The position numbers were made by a program, and so were the translations under genes. A stretch of DNA of 63,804 nucleotides, counting the filler, from Bigelowiella natans CCMP2755 (taxonomy: Eukaryota; Protista; Cercozoa), in NCBI GenBank assembly GCA_000320545.1. It is 9 parts of 9 records of this genome, joined end to end, with 100 filler letters (N's around TTAATTAATTAA, not from the genome) between each part and the next. Parts side by side here need not be neighbours in the genome. Positions count along the whole stretch, not along the records: positions 16,221 to 28,829 come from ADNK01003265.1; positions 28,930 to 42,840 come from ADNK01000672.1; 7 more parts are not named here. One strand, given 5' to 3'. The notes under the pieces were generated by a model, which searched no databases, was not told the DNA's origin, and was given only the letters and a program-made list of their open reading frames with translations. This document shows, piece after piece, positions 23,886 through 37,077 of this stretch. Within the stretch, counting starts at the first letter, position 1, and each line of letters opens with the position of its first letter.

Positions 23886-25410
23886 TCACATGAGGAAATC
23901 AGCAGCAGTGCTCATTCCTAGTCCGCTTATCTGCCCATCCCCACGAGTGCCGCCACCGCCGCCTCCCCTTCCTCCTTCGAATTGGCCGTTCCTGGCTCTC
24001 CAAGATGATTGGTGGGCGCCCCCCCCTCCTCTGCGACGAGTGTTGTCGCCATCCATTCGGTCCTGGCCATTCCTAAAGCGATAGCTGGAAGACTCGCCGC
24101 CGGCCTGATTCTCGTCGTAGTCGTCCATTCCTAGGAGCTCCGCCTCTCTGGCCCTGCCCTCTTCTCTCAGTCGCTCGAGCCGTGCCTGCGAAAGCAAACG
24201 GGTGATGCGAACAGTGCGTGGCTATAGGTGGTCACGGCGGCAGCGAGGGGTGTGATGGACAAAGAGCGCCGCGCCGATCTGCTACTATGCGTGTGTGAGT
24301 ACCCACCTTCAATTCCCTCTCCTTTCTGTCGTAGTGCTGCCGGGTCGTGTTGATGGCTTCCTGCTGGTTCTTTGCTCTCAACTCCGCCTCCTTGGCAAGG
24401 ATCTTGTGGCCTTCTATGCGCTTCTTCTCGGCGTATCGCTGGCGGAATGTCTTCATGTTGGGGTTCTCGCTGGGTTATGCACGTGGCGGTCAGGCTGGCT
24501 ATTAACACGGAACATGATTACGATTGACCCACCTTAGCTTGACGGTGGAGTCGAATTTCGAGTACACGTTATTCTTCAAAGCCCGGCTGCGGTGATCATC
24601 GGAATCCAGGCCGCTCTGCGATTGCAGTGCATTAGAGAAGCTGCAGCTGAGCGCGCGTGCCGTCGCCACCGTTCGTAGCAGCGCGCTTGCTTGCTACAGA
24701 CACTCAGCGCGTGGTGATGCAGGCGTGCATGTGCGTGAAGGGTTGTGCGAGTGTGGCGATCGGTGCTACCTTTTTCCAAGTCGACTTACTGAGATTCTGT
24801 GAATGGAGAATACCATTGATTAGTGCGTGCGAGCACCGCGAAGGGCCGCCGCTAACCGCATGGAGCTGCTAACAACTATCAACCCACCACGTACCGTGCT
24901 GCGGCCTTGCCCACGAGTGCTAGGGTGGTTGCTCCTGCTCCTCCCAATGCCGACTGGTTTGAGAGTTAAAAGTGTCAGCACTAGCGCATGTACTGATCAC
25001 ACTCACATTCGAAACCTGTTTGAGAGCCGTAGGGGTACGGCACGAAGGTAATATTGAGGGACGGTTCCCTCGAGAAATCTCGGTCTTCCTCCACCTGCTT
25101 ACCGCGGGTTCCGCCATAGTTTCGGTCCTCACCAGCCATGAGTCTGTAAATATACTCCATTTGCCCCATCAAATTCCCCCTGCCTCCTAGTTCTTCCGGT
25201 CGTCTCCTCCCCCCCCCCCCTCCGCCAAGGCCTTCGACATCGTCGTCGTCGTCATCGTCGTCTTTTTCATCCCTTCCAAGACCGACTTCGTCATCATCGT
25301 CCTCCCTCCAGGAGTCTAGAAGTGATAAACGATGGTAAGAGCGAGCACACAACCGCATTTTTATATGTGTGCGTGCGCAAAGGGGGGTGGGATTGACCGT
25401 GGGGGTTCAT
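23886..25410 (-). CDS. Hypothetical protein: acidic N-terminus, coiled coil, Gly/Arg-rich tail
   Basis: Coding-like exons (DSWREDDDDEVG..; KTFRQRYAEKKRIEGHKILAKEAELRAKNQQ..; ARLERLREEGRAREAELLG..MSTAADFLM*) with GT-AG borders. Confidence 0.6.
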
Positions 25411-25883
25411 GATGTTTTTCTGCACACAAGCTTGCCGTCCTTTTTACTGTCCTTTCCGTTGCGGAATCCGCTCCTAGTGCCTGTACTTAGAAAGGTCGTG
25501 CAGCTTCACTTTCAAAGGAGGAGGCGGGTTGTATCCGTTTGTGCGTAGACTGATCGCCTGATGTAGGTGTTGTCCCGATTGTTTCTGAATAGTAATTTAT
25601 TAGAGCCAAATACTTCTAATGATTATCCAGAGGAAAAATCCCAATAAAAGGAAAAAACGGAATTGGCGGGAAGCAGCTTCCTCTGATGTTGCCGGTCTCA
25701 ATCGATGTTTCCTGCCTATACCAACGCATACTCGAATGGTTTATTGTTTCTGTTGCAACTTATTAAACAAAATAGACAAAATATATAGGTCAAAATATCG
25801 ACTGATTTGCGCTCATATTTTCAGTTGAGGCTTAAAACTCACCAATCAGCTGTCCGGTGCTCCCAGAAAAAATACGATCGGAG

Positions 25884-27570
25884 ATGCGCCGACAGGGACG
25901 CGGGGGGCGGGCCTGCACCGCCGCAGCCGCTGATGCTGCGCCTGCCCGCTCGCACTCTTTCACCATACTCATTGCGGGCGTTTTGCTCGTGGCGTGGCCA
26001 CATCCCGACACGCATTCTGACAAGCTCAAAATGGCGTCCGTTCGATCTGAGCGAAGAAGAACCGTGGCGATCGGGCGAATGAGGTCTCCATCCCCTGAAT
26101 TCCCCCAATGCTATCGACAAGTTGTGATGAGCTCCTAGGATATGCAGAGCGCAACATGGAGTGTCTATCACGCAGTAGATAGTGTGACACGTTCTATCCC
26201 TTCCCCCTCCGCGGTTTACGCTTTCCTGTGCCCCATTTCTCTTAGGAGCTTGCGGGGCGGTGGGCGCCGCACACATTCTCCCTCGAAAGGGCAGGGGATA
26301 AACATCGAGTACGAATATTACTTTCCGAAACAACAATATGTGCGGCGATGTGACGCGTCCAGATGCATCCGCCAGCTTCTCAAAACCGAGAAGGCGCATT
26401 GCTGCCCATTCTACGCGCCGCCCCTCCGTGAACCAACTCTGCCTATGCGTTCCGCGAGACGTAGCTAGGTAGACCACCGCACTGACATCTATGTTTTGCG
26501 TCAATGTAGAGTGGGGAAAGCTCCGTGGAATCGCACCGTCTTCACCTTCCCCAGCGCCGCGGGGAGCAAAGCATCTTGCGCTCAACGGAGGAAAGTCGCG
26601 AACGAGAGCTCCTCCTCCTCCTCCTTGCATGAATTCACGATGGATTGGAACGGCGCGGCGATGGAAGGTGCGGACGGCACAGACAACTCCGCCAACGGAA
26701 AGCCCATGAACAATGTACAGTACGACGATGGCGAGACCAGGTGCAGCGAATGATGCCCAGCGGATATTCAAACAACCTCACTTAAAAACAGGCTGAGAAA
26801 CCAAAACACACGCAATCGATTTCTTTCATTTATACATCTTCACCTTCACCCCCGCCCCTTCCCCTTCCCACCGGTGTCTCCCTTTACCGGAGAATAGCCG
26901 ATGGAATGGCCACATGTAAGAATTTCCGGAGTTTGTTTCCGCAGCCACCCCACCCCACCCCTCTAAAAAATACTTGTCGTTACCGACTTACCGATCGTGC
27001 ATGTAGGGTGAAGAATGGTAAAGCCTTTGAACTGGACTCTGATGGAAATACGGCAGGGTGCGGGATAGATGATATAGGCAGTATAAAGCCCAGTCCCCCC
27101 CCCCCTCCTCACACCCAATGCTTAATGAAAATCATCGTTGTTGTACAGGTCCGCCGGGTGGGAGGCTGAGGACTATCTTGCGCTTGGGATTTCGCCCGGG
27201 TGATAGAAAGTCGCCGCAAAATGCTCGACGCCCGCATGATCAACGAATAGTGTACACACATATGAGAGAAAACCGTTGATATCTTATTAGACACGCAGTG
27301 TTAGTGCTTTAGTTTTGCATCTTCCGAGAGAACATACACAGAGAGAAGGCGGACATTATTTTCCAACTATTGCTGCTAGTAATTGCCCCTTGATGCCAGA
27401 GGAGGGAGGAGTAAGGCGGGAGGGGATATGGCGATGATAATTATGGTGATGATGACGGTAGGAAATCGACTAGCATTAAAAAAATAAAACTATCTGAATC
27501 TAAGGCCTCAGCGTAGGAAAAAGGCCTCCAAGTCTTCCTCTACAATCAACGGTATTAGCTAATATGTATA

Positions 27571-27611
<41 letters not shown>

Positions 27612-28178
27612 TATATCACACGCGCCACAGCACACCACCCGGGGAAGAGCCGAGCGCGCCCCTCTCACTCTGCCGCAGCGTCATCGAGTCCTGGCCCCCA
27701 TCTCATTGTGTACAAAACAGGCGCATCGAAGGGGGAGGGCGTGAAGCATTTCCGAGGGGGGACGTCTGCACGCAGCGACGGGACAACGCAGCGAGGAAAT
27801 GGCGCCGCAACCTGCGGCAGCAGCAGCGACACGGAAGCTATTGCTCGACGAGTTGGAGAGGGGTTCCAAGAGGCGGAGGCTGCTCTCGCGCCACGCCTGC
27901 AGGGCCTTAACACGACTAGCCTTACCAACGACGATTTCGCATTTATGGAGGCATTCATTGAGCGTGCAGAACGGAAAGAGCGCAACGAAAGGAGGAGGAG
28001 GGAGGGGGGGGGGGGAGGGGGAGAAAGGGATTCGGGGAGACGAAGATGGAGGAGATGACGATGATGACGACGGCGCTGATGCCGTCCAGGATAACCCAAT
28101 GAAGGGCAATAACGTAACGCTCCGCAAATTGAAAAGAGAGAGAATCTTTAGAGTGCTGTCTGTACGCGTAGGAATATA

Positions 28179-28210
<32 letters not shown>

Positions 28211-28829
28211 TCACGATATATTTCATTTTTTACTTGAGACCAATCAGTTGGTTGATGAAGGGTTGGGGGGTGGGGGGGGCCAGCACAGGGCCTATTCTCT
28301 GCGGGGCGTTTCGCGTGCGGTTTGCTATTCTTTCAAAGAGCGACACTACCTCACGGCTGCGTGTGTGTGTGTGTGTGTGTGTGTGCGTGCGTGTGTGTTC
28401 TTATGTTCTCCAACACTGCCATCCCGAGTAGACGCCGCCCGAAGACGAGGGGGGGGAGGAGCTCAATCTTGATATGAGCAGAGGTGAGTAACACAGCAGC
28501 ATGGAAATGGTGCTTGTACCTTAGAAACCGGTCTCCGCGATGCTCACACTACGATTTCATAAAGCTAGGGAGAACGGGGGGAAGGGGGGGGGGGGGGGGG
28601 GGGGGAACTGTACTGCTCAGATTTTCTGCCTGTAATCTGCTTATGTTACAAAATCTATGGGGCCAGGTACCAAATTGGGATGGCCCATGTCTTATTCTGA
28701 ACCTGCCCACCCCACTAGATATACCCTTTTCTTATGGGAAGCCCACCCCCAGATATGGGCCTGAAGGTCACAGGGTTACAGCCCATACGTGTTGCTTTGC
28801 CCGAAAACAGACAACTTCATCCACAGGAT
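25884..28829 (+). CDS. Hypothetical protein with bipartite leader (signal peptide + Arg-rich segment ending SLRGGG); 3'-truncated
   Basis: MRRQGRGG..FTILIAGVLLVAWP..ERRRTVAIGRMR-ICRAQHGVSITQ-SLRGGGRR..; later phase-compatible exons MDWNGAAMEG.., SRWNGHM-VKNGKAFELDSDGNTAG-SAGWEAEDYLALGISP, FAFMEAFIERAERKE. Splicing partly uncertain. Confidence 0.6.
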
Positions 28830-28929
28830 NNNNNNNNNNNNNNNNNNNNNNNNNNNNNNNNNNNNNNNNNNNNTTAATTAATTAANNNNNNNNNNNNNNN
28901 NNNNNNNNNNNNNNNNNNNNNNNNNNNNN
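28830..28929. other. Artificial contig linker
   Basis: N44-TTAATTAATTAA-N44. Confidence 0.98.
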
Positions 28930-29084
28930 CCACGCATCAGTAGCACAACCGAGTGAGGCAGGTTCTTTGTCGTGAGTTGTCTGACCGCCCCCCTTCCCCC
29001 CCAATCTCTCTCGAACGTAAGCCCAAGCCTCCCCCCCCCCCCCCCCACTCCCCTCTAGCCTTGCGTGCACTGATTTCTATTCAC

Positions 29085-29528
29085 CTTAGAGATCGCGTCG
29101 ATTCTGAGACTGATAAGCTTCCTGGGGTGCAACGGTTTTGGGAGAGAATGTTTTGTAAGTCATGAGAGTCATCATAAATCCTGCAATCAGCAGAAAAACA
29201 ATTCCAGAAATGGATTATAGCATGGGTGGACGCTGCTTTGAGCTAGGAGCAAAAGCGGCGTGAGGGGCAAAGATCATGGGGAGCGTGGATGAGGTGCGAA
29301 CCAAATTAAACGGATTCTCTGTATTTGGGTATCTCTGTTTACGTAATAATACTACAACTACTGCTACTTTGGTATGGCCAAGGCCGATGCCGCAGCTTCC
29401 GCTTGCTTTCCATAAGAAGCAGAGAGATTGAGGATGCTGACCCCATGCGAGCTCTTGAACTGAGGGGGGGTATTAGAATAGAAATCGGCCATGGAAAATC
29501 GGCTTGCTTCTTTTTGTGCTTCGTTTGA

Positions 29529-29581
<53 letters not shown>

Positions 29582-30650
29582 TTCACTGTGCCCATGAGCA
29601 CTTTTTTTCCTGGATCCTTCATCATTTCAGCAAGCTTTTCGGATAGAACCATTACGCTTTCGGTCCCGTGAAGTTTTCCTTCCTTCTCATCATCCCCCCC
29701 TTCAGGCTTTGCAAGCAACTCGAGCTCGATGGAGATGTCCTGGCCATTGTGGAAGGCGACAATAAATACGTGCCCCCCCCCCCCCGCACACACACACACA
29801 CAAACTTACATGAAATATTTCGAAATTCAATACATACAGCACCCTCCCTCCCCCGCGAGTATAATGTCGCACACGTTGGCAGCGGTTCCGTCGGTGTGGG
29901 TGCTCTCCAAAACCTTTGCTTCGGGCGATATCGGGAGCCCCTGAACAGTTTTTAACTCCCTCTTTGAAGTCGACGTCAATATTCGCTTTTTAGCATCCCC
30001 CACTACTTTGCCGACTACCAAGTAGCTCTGATGTTAATGGCATGCCAGTTTCAGAAGGGCACATGGGGTTGTGTTGGAGAGGGATGCAAGAGAGTTCAAC
30101 TCCAAAATAACCTTGGGTTTTGAGAAGAACGGCTCCTCGAAGAAGAGGAATAGCTTCTCTTTCGAGGAGGAATCTGGTTGCTGAGCGACGTCCATTTGCA
30201 ATGGCGGCGGCTGAGTTCCCAACGGGCTATTCGCCAGCGGCTTCTTTACGACGGAATTTGGATTAACCTTCAACAAAATTTGCTCCAATGGTAGCATGCA
30301 CCCAAGTGGCAAATATTAAGGCCTCTCGAGGTCAAGCTCCATTATTGCTGGGTCCGCCTCCCTCGGCAGCGGGAAGGAAGGGGGGAGATCCGTTTTGGTT
30401 ATCGGAAGTGGCCGTTTCTGTTTCGGCGACGCGAGCGCGTTTTTGACGAAATCGCGGCTGCGACAATGAATATTTGGTTAAAAATATTAGGTATATTTCA
30501 GGCATGACTTTCTTCGATCCCCATAGTATCCCTGGCACATAGGGAAAGTTACAAGTTGCATTTGGATCGTCCCTCCTCAGGTAATATTTGGGGTAAATAC
30601 TCGTCAACATTCACCACGGAAAACCGTGAAGAAGAGTTGTTGAGAATCAT
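29085..30650 (-). CDS. Probable hypothetical gene divergent from RNase Z
   Basis: Chain of protein-like minus-strand segments (KEKLFLFFEEPFFSKPK; VVGKVVGDAKKRILT..VCDIILAGE; FIVAFHNGQDISIELELL..KKVLMGTVK); no family recognised. Confidence 0.4.
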
Positions 30651-30752
30651 GGAGAAATATCTTAGATAATCTTGCCTAAAAAAGTAAGATGCCCATCCCC
30701 TTACCCGCAGACCCTTCTTTCCTACGAGCGTAAGGCCCCGCCTGAGTAAAGG

Positions 30753-32502
30753 ATGGCGCGAAAGAGGGGGAAGAAGTCGGGAGGTCCCGACGGGGGAGAG
30801 CAGGGACAAGGACATGAGCGAAGCAGGGGCAAAGGAAAGAAAAGTAAGGAGAGGAAAAGGGCATCCAGCGCCATCCATCTTCAGTTTCTGGGAACCTCAA
30901 TCGACGCGTACGCATGAGCCGCCCCACCCCCCCCCTTCCTTCTTTCTCGACCATTGCCAGTTCTAGTCATGGTTCGCCGCGCCAGTGTGATGTTGGCGAT
31001 GTTGCAGGTTTCCGGCTGTTGTGCTGACAACGGACACCCAGAAAATCCTATTTAACGCAGGGGAGGGCCTGCAGCGGATGTGCATGGAACATAAGGTCTG
31101 CTGCCGTCGTCTACATAGGAGTAGGATAGGCATCGAATCGATTGGGTTCGGTACGTGGAATTGTCAACGTGCCGTCTCCTCCTGGCTTCCTCCTCCTCCT
31201 CCTCCTCCCCCTCTCCCTTCTTTTTCTTCTTCTTCTTCTTCTTCTTCTTCTTCTTCTTCTTCTCCTCGTTCCTTTTCTGCACTCTCTTCGTCATCGCTGT
31301 CGGCATCAAAAGCATGGCGATGTGTGTCGTTTAGGTTGGGATAGGACGGATATCGCGCATATTCCTTACTCGGGTCGCAAACGATACGTTCGGAGGTCTC
31401 CCAGGTCGGCGCGGAACATTCCTTTGTAGCAAGCGTAGCCACGGCGCTCTCGCCATTTTTGCAGCATAAATTCAATTCAACAATATCAGTGATGTAAATT
31501 GATGTGAACCCAACTGCCTCCCTATCCTTGAGGATTGCTGCATCGATCCACTACCCAGCAATTATGGGACTGTTTTAACCGATTCAAAGTTGTGCCCCCC
31601 CCCCCCCCCCTCTTCTCATCGGCACAAAAGATTGGTTTCCTTAAAGAGCGCTTCTCCACCTCCCCTCGTGATCCTGCCTCCTTTGATGCTTAAAGGCCAC
31701 CCCTCAGGGATGCTCCCAACCCTGGGGGATATAGGGACCACCAGCATTGATCTGGGCGGCCTGCCCCGATCATTCGCGAGGGGTTAAAGGTGCACGGCCC
31801 TTTTTTCGGGGCGACGAAATGGGCCCGCGGATCTTGAAGCACAACCATGAATACAACGCTCCGGGTGCGGAGGTGCATATCCAGCCGATACGCCTGTACA
31901 AGTCGCGTTCTCCAGGGAGAGGGGAGGGCGGGACTTGTGGCAGCCGAGCGCAGCAGAAAAGGCCGCGGAACTTCGATGAGGAAGAGGAACTCGCAAAGAG
32001 GCGGAAATCAGTCAGCGACATCGCAGAGATACCAGCGGCGGCGGCGGCGGCGGTTACACCATCTCGTAGTAAGGAAGCGGCACCTAGCCTGGAAATCAAA
32101 GGGGCAGGGGTTGAGGGGGAAAGAGCTGCTCCCCCTCCTGCTCCTCTTGGCAGCGGTAATCTGGCGAGCAAAGGAAGCGGCAACGATAAGCCCGTGAGGG
32201 ACACGGACGACGATAAGAAACATCCTCGATCAACCGTTACCAGCAGAGGTTCCGACCGCGGTCGCGTCGCTGGCGAAGTGCTCTGTTTCATCGGACACAT
32301 TCCTGCCACTCCGGGAACCTTCGACGTCGAGCGCGCCAAGTAAGTGTGGGCTCTTTTGCAGCAGCAGCAGTGTATGAACCTGTGCAGCGGCAGGCTTTTT
32401 GCGATCGAGAGACGCCTTGCTTTCTCCGTGCGCGCGCGTGGCGTGCAGGCAGAACCCCTCCGCCTCTGCGTGCCAATTTGTAAACAAGCGAGCGAGCGGG
32501 GG

Positions 32503-32545
<43 letters not shown>

Positions 32546-35500
32546 CAAAAATACACTGCAACTAGAACAACAACTACGACAACTACTACGACAACTACTA
32601 CTGCTGCTACACCCTTGCGTGTGTGAGAATAGCGCTGCGGTGTGATATTATCCATTCTCTTCTTCCAGGGAAATTGGCATCCCGCAAGGACCTGTGTACG
32701 GCCAGCTAAAGCGAGGAAAAGCTGTCGAGTGTACATTAAAGGACGGCACGACACGCGTGGTGGAACCGCACGAAGTTGTCGCTCCTGGATACCCTAAAAC
32801 CCGTTTCGCAATCATCGACTGCCCAACCCCCCTCTACATTGACAGCCTCGTGTCCAAGACCGTCCAAGAGGCAAGGGGGGGGGGGAGAGAGGGAGCGGCA
32901 GAAACGACAAAGGCCGGTCAGGGGCTCGACGGCAAGAAAGAACGAGGAGGAGGAGGGGGGGCGGACGAAGGAAGTGTAAGTTTACGATTTTTTTGTGTAT
33001 GCAGCCAATCAAAACAGCGCGCCGCCCAATCCCTGACGTGATTTGAATGTGACGGCCGATGGCTGTTGTCCCCTCCCCTCCTCCCCTCCTCCCCCTTCCT
33101 GTCGGCAGGGGAAGATAGTCTGCGTCGTGCACCTTGCCCCGAGGTCTGTGCTCGGAGAGGCCCGGTACTTGCACTGGGCGGCCAGATTCGCCCCGCAGGC
33201 CAAGCACATCGCGGTGCACAGCTCATGCTGCGGCCAGCAAACGGTGTGGAGGGCTTCTGAAGTCAACGTTATGAAGCTCAGGATGGTCGCGCCGAGCTTG
33301 TTTCCCTTGCCTCCCTCCCCCCCCTCCCTCTCCGGCCAACCTCAGCCAGCGTCGCCTCCTCTTCGCAGTCAGCAGCAGCAGCAGGAGGAGGAGCAGCAGG
33401 TTCGCCTACCGGGATTGTACACAGAGGGCCGCCACCTTGGCCGTTTCTGGCTCTACCCTGGGAAAAAATTGGGGTGAGTGCTCCGCAGCTCGAAGCCCTC
33501 CCCCACGATTTCTCTCTGACTGCGTGCCTGATTTGTGTGAGCAGGCTAGATCACTCGCTCGTTCCTGGGCCGCCGGGCGAGGAGGACGTGAAGCTCTCGT
33601 ATGAGAAGAATGGCGCCAGCTCAGCGACTTCAGGCGCAAACTAGCCAAGCTCAAAAGTCTTGGCAGGCTGCCAGGGCCGCCTCTACGACGGCAGGGTGAT
33701 AGCAGCACAGCTGCAGCAGCTGGGAGAGAGGAAGCAGCGATCAGCTCTGAGGTATATGCATACACAATGTTGCGTGTGGCGGGGAGGAAGAATCACAGCG
33801 TCGGAATGCTGAATGCGTTGTAGTGCGTTTGAGTGGGAGAATATGAGCCAACAGGGGGAGCAGGGATGGAGGAGGGAATCGTCGCAGCAACCGCGATGTC
33901 TTTTTAATCTGGGGGGTTTTCGATCCTCTTTTCTGAGGAATCTCATGACGAGGATGGCATTACATTCTCCTTTAAGCGAATTTTTTCTAATGCCTTCCCC
34001 CCCCTCCTTCCCCCCCCCCCCCCCCCCACCACACACACACACACACACAAACACACAGCAACTCACGAACCAAGAAGAACCGAAGGGAGAGCAGGGTGAT
34101 GAAGAGGCAAGGGAGAGATCATTCGAGTCATCAGGCTCGGCTCGATCAGAAGCGAACCCAGCAGTGGGAAAAATGGAGGTTGAAAGTCTGTCTCGGTCGG
34201 AGGGGGTGGGGGGGGAGAAGAATGAAGAGGAGGGAAAGGAGGCGGCAGACAGTAGCATACCGATCCGAGGAGACACCACAAGCCTCGCCACCATGTCCCC
34301 CCCCCCACCCCTTACCCCCTCTCTGAGAAAGAGAGAGCGCTTGGACCTCAAGAGCATGCTGGAGAGGGAGACGAAGGCGTATCGTGCTTTAAACGGAGGG
34401 GGGGTGGGAGGAGAGGCGGAAGGCATGATCAGCCCGTCGATTGTCTTCCTCGGCACGGGCAGCGCTATTCCGTCCAAGTACCGAAATGTCACCGGGATAT
34501 ACATCGACTTCCCATCATTACCATCGTCATCGTCATCATCATCATCATCTTCATAATCGTCGTCGTCGTCCTCATCCGCTTCAGCTACCATGCGGCGCGG
34601 GGGGGGAGGCGGGAAAGGCGGCGGCAGCAGCAGCAGCAGCAGCAGCGCAAGGTCGGGAATCATGCTGGACTGCGGGGAGGGCAGCTACACGCAGCTGATA
34701 AGGTTATACGGGCTCGAAGGCACCAGAAAGATCCTCCGGAGCCTTAGCACGATCTGGATCTCCCACATGCATGCTGACCACCACCTCGGCCTCATCTCCA
34801 TCATCGAGCAGCGCCGGCAATGCCTTCTCGGGCAGCACGTTGAAGGAGAGCAGCCCTTGTTGATCATCGGGCCAAGGGAGCTTTTCCCATGGCTACTCAC
34901 CTTCGGCGGCCTTGCTACCGCGGCGAAAACCGACGTCGGTCAATGCCAGCACCAAAAGGAACAGCAGCAGCAGCAGCAGGAGGAGCAGCAGGAGCCGCGT
35001 AAGGGCCGGCCACTCCTTCGTTTTTTCCCCAACGACATGCTGAATGAGATTCGGCTCAGCAAGCAGAAGCCGCAACAGCGGCAGCGCAAACAACAAAGCC
35101 AACAACAACAACAACAACCACCACCACCACCACCACCACCACCACCACCCTCGTCATTGGCGTCGTCGTCGGCACCGCACACCGACAAAGTCAGCAGCAG
35201 CAGCAGCAGTAGCAGCAGGGCAATAGAGGGCGGGGTTGATCCCAACGGCAAGAAGAAGATGATGAGACTGAGGCGCCAACAGCACCAGGAACAGCTGGTC
35301 AAGGCCCATCTCCTCGATCTAGCCGGCGTGGCAAAGCACCTTCGACGCAGCGCCGGCATCTCCCTCCTGAAGACTGTCGCGGTGCGGCACTGCAAGGACG
35401 CTTGGGCCGTCGTTCTCGAGCATGAGCGAGGCTGGAAAATCGCCTACTCAGGCGATTGCAGGCCGTGCTGGAACTTTGCCAGGTTCGTCTTGGTAGAAGG

Positions 35501-36325
35501 CGTAGTAGAAGGAGTAGCAGCAGTAGCAGTAGCAGTAGCAGCAGCAGCAGTTTTGTGGTTGGAATGTATGCGCTCGGGTGCCCGTATCATTGTGAGAATC
35601 GCCCCCCCCCCATTAGCGGGCTGACCCTATATGTCGGCGCCTCTCTTTCCTCCGTCCTTACCCCCTATAATAAGAACGCGTGCATGTTTATCAGATAAGG
35701 GAGGGAGAAGGGAGGAAAGGAGGGAGGGGGGGGGGGGGGGGTGCCTTCCTTTCGGCTCTGAATTTATCATGGTATTCTCCTCAGAGCGGGGCGTGGCGCG
35801 CATGTGCTCATCCACGAGGCCACATTCGACGAGTCGAAGATGGAGGAGGCCGTGAGCCGAAAGCACAGCACGGCGAGCGAGGCAATACATGTCGCCAGGC
35901 AGATGCGCGCGGATAGGCTGCTGCTCACGCACTTCAGTCAGAGGTGGCATTGTTTTCCCACATCGCCGCCATTGCTTGCAGTGCTGTTGTGAGCGAGAGC
36001 GACCATGGGATTTGCTGATGTGTTGTCGGTAGGTACCCTAAGATTCCAGGCGAGTATGGAGGGGCCGCTAACGATGACGGGATGTTTGATGATGAGGAGG
36101 AGGAGGAGGCGGAAGAGGACATCGACGACGTGAAGAGGAACGATGATAGCAATGTGGGAATAGCCTTCGACTGCATGGCTGTAAGGTAGCTTTAGCGTGG
36201 CATGCGGGTCTTTCTCCCCGTAACCGATGAGCACAGAATGAAGCGAGCATTCCTCTCATTTCTCAACTGACTGCGCTTGCTTGGAGATCAACTGATGCCT
36301 TTTCAACGCAATTGTTTGATGTTAC

Positions 36326-36386
<61 letters not shown>

Positions 36387-36482
36387 AGGTTTACGGATTT
36401 GGAATGGCTACCCCAGCTCACCACCCCCTTTCGTTGGCTTTTCCCAAATGAGGAAGCAGGAGAGGACGAGCATGGTGGTTGA
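30753..36482 (+). CDS. ELAC2: Ribonuclease Z, long form (ELAC2/Trz1)
   Basis: IHLQFLGTS, ILFNAGEGLQRMCMEHK, PGTFDVERAK, GPVYGQLKRG, IIDCPTP, FLGTGSAIPSKYRNV, MLDCGEG, ISHMHADHHLG, YSGDCRP, LIHEATF, HSTASEA, LTHFSQR-YPKIP, IAFDCM; ends FPNEEAGEDEHGG*. Confidence 0.95.
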
Positions 36483-37077
36483 TGAGCACCCTGAACCGTG
36501 GATTAGTTTGTTCTCCAAGACCGCAGCTGTAATTGCATCTAATATGGCAATGCGCACGTCTAATTGTATATACGACTGCGCATCGATGGAGAGATTTTCA
36601 TAGCGATGTGACATCCACGCGCGAGCGCGAGATTCACCTATGTATATGCAGTCTCATTTATGTATAGGGAGTGCATAACGCCAGCAAATACATGCGCGCC
36701 AGCGCTCTGCAAACTTTATGCTATGCTTATTGCACTGAATCGTTTTGGCCACTGCGCGTTCGCATCGTAGGTGTACAAGTGCATATCTACGTGATCCCAC
36801 ACACACCAGGAATATTAGCTAACATAAACAGATAAGAATGTATACGCGGCCTGCAATTTTATTTCATCAGATCAGAGATTATTGCATCTGCCTCATATAT
36901 ATTTAATATCCTACTTTGTTAAGCGATATACGCTCTGTAGATACTGATAGATAATTCCAACATGGAGCACTTTCGTGATACGCTACCACAGCTAATTAAT
37001 GCTTCCTCGTCACCCACGTTTAAAATGTACACATAGAGACGTCTTCACGTATTTCTTATGAATCTACAAATAGCTAC

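Noticed and set aside
25839-26771. 310-aa minus-strand ORF
   Set aside because: Antisense to a plus-strand gene with phase-compatible GT-AG exons; no recognisable domain.
34554-34556. Possible stop-codon reassignment
   Set aside because: TAA, TAG and TGA all terminate other genes here; a single in-frame TAA is insufficient evidence.
33683-34663. Long antisense ORFs over RNase Z, PGAM and DDX47
   Set aside because: Shadow ORFs of GC-rich coding sequence.
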